From a bacterium (GTDB lineage: Bacteria > Zhuqueibacterota > Zhuqueibacteria > Oceanimicrobiales > Oceanimicrobiaceae): DNA of 17,489 nucleotides. The notes below the pieces were generated by a model, which saw only the letters and a program-made list of their open reading frames with translations, was not told where the DNA came from and made no database searches. Each line of letters opens with the position of its first letter. The first letter of the stretch is position 1. Positions 15,010-17,489 of the stretch are shown here, in pieces. The stretch spans positions 1-17,489 of the forward strand of contig JBHHYI010000089.1 in the NCBI GenBank assembly GCA_046757525.1. Reading direction: 5' to 3'. The position numbers and the translations under genes were made by a program.

Positions 15010-17247
15010 ATGAATCGCGGATTGATTTCCATGCAGATTTCCTTCAAGCGGCTGATGCTGCTTTTTGGAATATTCTTGTTCCTGGTGTTTGTGGATTTAA
15101 CTTTTGGACAAAGCCGAGGCACTATTCGGGGCTTGGTCGTTGACTCGAAAGACGACCAACCCCTCATTGCAGCCAATGTGGAGGTTTTGCAGACTGTTTT
15201 TGGGGCCAGCACCGATGCCCGGGGGCGTTTCATTATTTACGGCGTGCCGACCGGCAAGTACACCCTGCGCATCAGCAGAATCGGTTACCGCGGCGCAACG
15301 GTAGCTTCTGTCGACGTGTTTGCTGGCGAGTCAGCGGAGGTTCATGTGCCCCTGGTGCAGACACCCATCGATTTCAACCCGGTGGTGGTAACAGCAGAAA
15401 AGAGACCGCAACGGCTGGAGGACTCCCCGAACAGCATTTCGGTGCTGCCTTTCTCAGAAATCGAATCGCGCAACAGCCTGCGCCTGGACGAAGCCCTGGA
15501 GATGGTGCCGGGAGTTTATTTCATGAAAGAGGACATCAATATCCGCGGCTCCACCGGTTATCGGGCAAACTCAGCAAACCGCGTTCTGGTAGCGGTGGAC
15601 GGAGTTCCAGTGATGACCAGCGACATTGGTGGCATTAGCTGGGACGTTTTGCCCATTCTTGACGTCGATAGGGTGGAGGTGGTCAAAGGCGCGGGTTCGG
15701 CGCTGTGGGGCTCCTACGCCATCGGTGGCGTGGTGAACATCATCACCCGCAAGCCCTCAGCCAGGGGGCGCTTCAGTTTTCGGTTTACCGGGGGCGTTTA
15801 CGACCGGCCGTCCGAAAGCGTCTGGAATTGGGCGCCGCACCGCACCCTTGGCTACCATCGCACCGATCTTGGTTACAGCAAGGCCATGGGGCGTTTGGGC
15901 GTGCAATGGTATTCCAGTTTTTACAAATCGACCAGCGACCGCAAGGATGGGAAATTTGAGAAGATAAATATTAGCGGAAAGGTGAGCTATCGCTTCGCAG
16001 ACAGCTCCACGTTAACCCTGTACGCCTCCTATCTGCGGGATCATTCAGCCATCTTTGTGCAGTGGCTTTCACCATTCCGAGGGGATTCCACCAATGCAAA
16101 TCCTGCCCAACTCTTTCATCCCTTGGTGCCCAGTGACAGGGGCAATTTGTTGCGCCTGAGTTGGTTGAATGCCTACTTGCAATACCGGCGGCCGCTTTCT
16201 GCCAAAAGCAGTTTTAAGGTTCGGCTTTCTTTGTTGCATTCCATGCTGGGAAATCAATTTCAACTAACCGGAGATTTTTTCCCCGCAAATGGGTTGGGCG
16301 GCGAAGTCCAGTTCAACTGGTTCCCGCACCACAAACATTTTGTAACCGTCGGCAGCGAATTCAAGCTAAATCTGGTCAAGGGCGTTTTTTTTGGCGGCCA
16401 GCACACCGAGTACTTGTTAGCACCTTATTTTCAAGACGAATGGCGCGTTTCCAACCAATTGCGGCTCACCGCCGGTTTCCGCTTTGACCGCAACGAACTC
16501 CTCGGAGGCCCGGTGGAACATCAGTTTAGTCCGCGGCTGGGTCTCAATTACAAACTATTTCCGGGCCTCATCGTTCGGGGTTCGGTGGGACGCGGCTTTC
16601 GGGTGCCTACGGTGGCTGAACGCACCGTTCGCTTTGACACCGACAATTTCGTAGTTAAACCAAATCCGCAGTTGCAAGCCGAAAGCTCCTGGTCTTATGA
16701 GATTGGGTTTCGCAAACCGTTTTGGAGCAGCGGTTTTTTTGATTTGGCCTTGTTTCAAAATGACTACACGAATCTGATCGAGCCCCAGCCTGATTTCTCA
16801 CAATCAGGCACGGCCGTGGTAATTAACTTTCAGAATCTGGACAGGGCTCGCATTCGAGGGGTTGAATTCGCTACGGGCATCCGCTGGTTTCGCAATCGAT
16901 TGGGCCTGCGCGGCAGTTTCACCTACCTGGACGCGAAAAACCTGGCGTCGGGCGAGACGCTGGCCTATCGACCGCGCTGGCTGGCCCAGGTCAATCCCTC
17001 TGCTCATATCGGTCCCATCGAATTGCGGGCCGACTACCGCTTTGCCAGTCGCCTGGAGAGCGTGGAGATTTATCCGCAGGACCAGCGGGTCGGACAGCAC
17101 GAATTAAACCTGCGTTTGCTCTATCATCTTAAAACCCTCACTTTCGTAGCCGGTGCAAACAACGTGCTGAACTACAACTACACCCAGGTGGAACGAAATT
17201 TAGGCGAGATCCGCAATTTCGTGTTCGCTCTGCAGGGACAGTTGTAG
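15010..17247 (+). CDS. TonB-dependent receptor with N-terminal carboxypeptidase-regulatory-like domain
   Basis: GTIRGLVVD...GASTDARGRF...RIGY N-domain; plug motifs ALEMVPGV, INIRG, VAVDGVP, RVEVVKGAGSALWGSYAIGGVVNIITRKP; barrel motifs SPRLG, GFRVPT, NPQLQAE. ATG 15010 has GGAGGT RBS; ATG 14980 (TAATG overlap) is the alternative. Confidence 0.93.
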   Translation: MNRGLISMQISFKRLMLLFGIFLFLVFVDLTFGQSRGTIRGLVVDSKDDQPLIAANVEVLQTVFGASTDARGRFIIYGVPTGKYTLRISRIGYRGATVASVDVFAGESAEVHVPLVQTPIDFNPVVVTAEKRPQRLEDSPNSISVLPFSEIESRNSLRLDEALEMVPGVYFMKEDINIRGSTGYRANSANRVLVAVDGVPVMTSDIGGISWDVLPILDVDRVEVVKGAGSALWGSYAIGGVVNIITRKPSARGRFSFRFTGGVYDRPSESVWNWAPHRTLGYHRTDLGYSKAMGRLGVQWYSSFYKSTSDRKDGKFEKINISGKVSYRFADSSTLTLYASYLRDHSAIFVQWLSPFRGDSTNANPAQLFHPLVPSDRGNLLRLSWLNAYLQYRRPLSAKSSFKVRLSLLHSMLGNQFQLTGDFFPANGLGGEVQFNWFPHHKHFVTVGSEFKLNLVKGVFFGGQHTEYLLAPYFQDEWRVSNQLRLTAGFRFDRNELLGGPVEHQFSPRLGLNYKLFPGLIVRGSVGRGFRVPTVAERTVRFDTDNFVVKPNPQLQAESSWSYEIGFRKPFWSSGFFDLALFQNDYTNLIEPQPDFSQSGTAVVINFQNLDRARIRGVEFATGIRWFRNRLGLRGSFTYLDAKNLASGETLAYRPRWLAQVNPSAHIGPIELRADYRFASRLESVEIYPQDQRVGQHELNLRLLYHLKTLTFVAGANNVLNYNYTQVERNLGEIRNFVFALQGQL

Positions 17248-17333
17248 CGCCTAAGAATCTCATTCTCGCCAGGGTGCTCCCTTCCTTTTTGAATTCATTT
17301 GTAAAGCCTCAGTCTTCGTGAGGGGACCTCACT

Positions 17334-17489
17334 GGGGTGTCCCAAAAGGCCATTTTTCTGTCATTCCCGCGAAAGCGTTTTGACGTCAACCTAAGAGATT
17401 TTATCTATCAAAAATATTATCTGAGGTTCAAGTTTCTACTAAAGTTCTTTTCGAAAAAAATGGATTGTCATTTCGACCCGGCAGCCGCC
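17334..17489 (+). repeat. REP/MITE-like repeat cluster, truncated by the window edge
   Basis: GGGGTGTCCCAAAAG (17335-17349), TGTCATTCCCGCGAAAGCG (17359-17377) and TGTCATTTCGACC (17466-17478). Confidence 0.4.

Overview
Bacterial window with a Gram-negative envelope (lipoproteins, TonB-dependent receptor). The left part (~1-8780) looks accessory and AT-richer by eye. On the minus strand it encodes a membrane Ser/Thr kinase with a periplasmic alpha/beta + TPR region, then a GAF-AAA+-HTH sigma-54 enhancer-binding protein, then a spacer with three repeated candidate enhancer sites and a -24/-12 promoter in front of a TolB-like PD40 beta-propeller lipoprotein, then a hairpin-rich spacer and two envelope hypothetical genes. 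Centre: a DUF6364-like antitoxin/PIN toxin pair bracketed by a 69-bp direct repeat (64/69 identical) that duplicates the 3' end of the adjacent benzoate-CoA ligase family gene. On the other side of that ligase is a second toxin-antitoxin pair whose RelE toxin is frameshifted and missing from the ORF track. Right: a UvrD/PcrA helicase fused to a four-cysteine PD-(D/E)XK nuclease, a divergent tandem-domain lipoprotein + TonB-dependent receptor operon, and REP/MITE-like repeats at the edge. The best candidates for undescribed biology are the kinase-bEBP-sigma54-propeller signalling cassette and the integrase-less TA cassette that replaced its host gene's 3' end. All family calls come from motifs recognised by eye; no database search was run.
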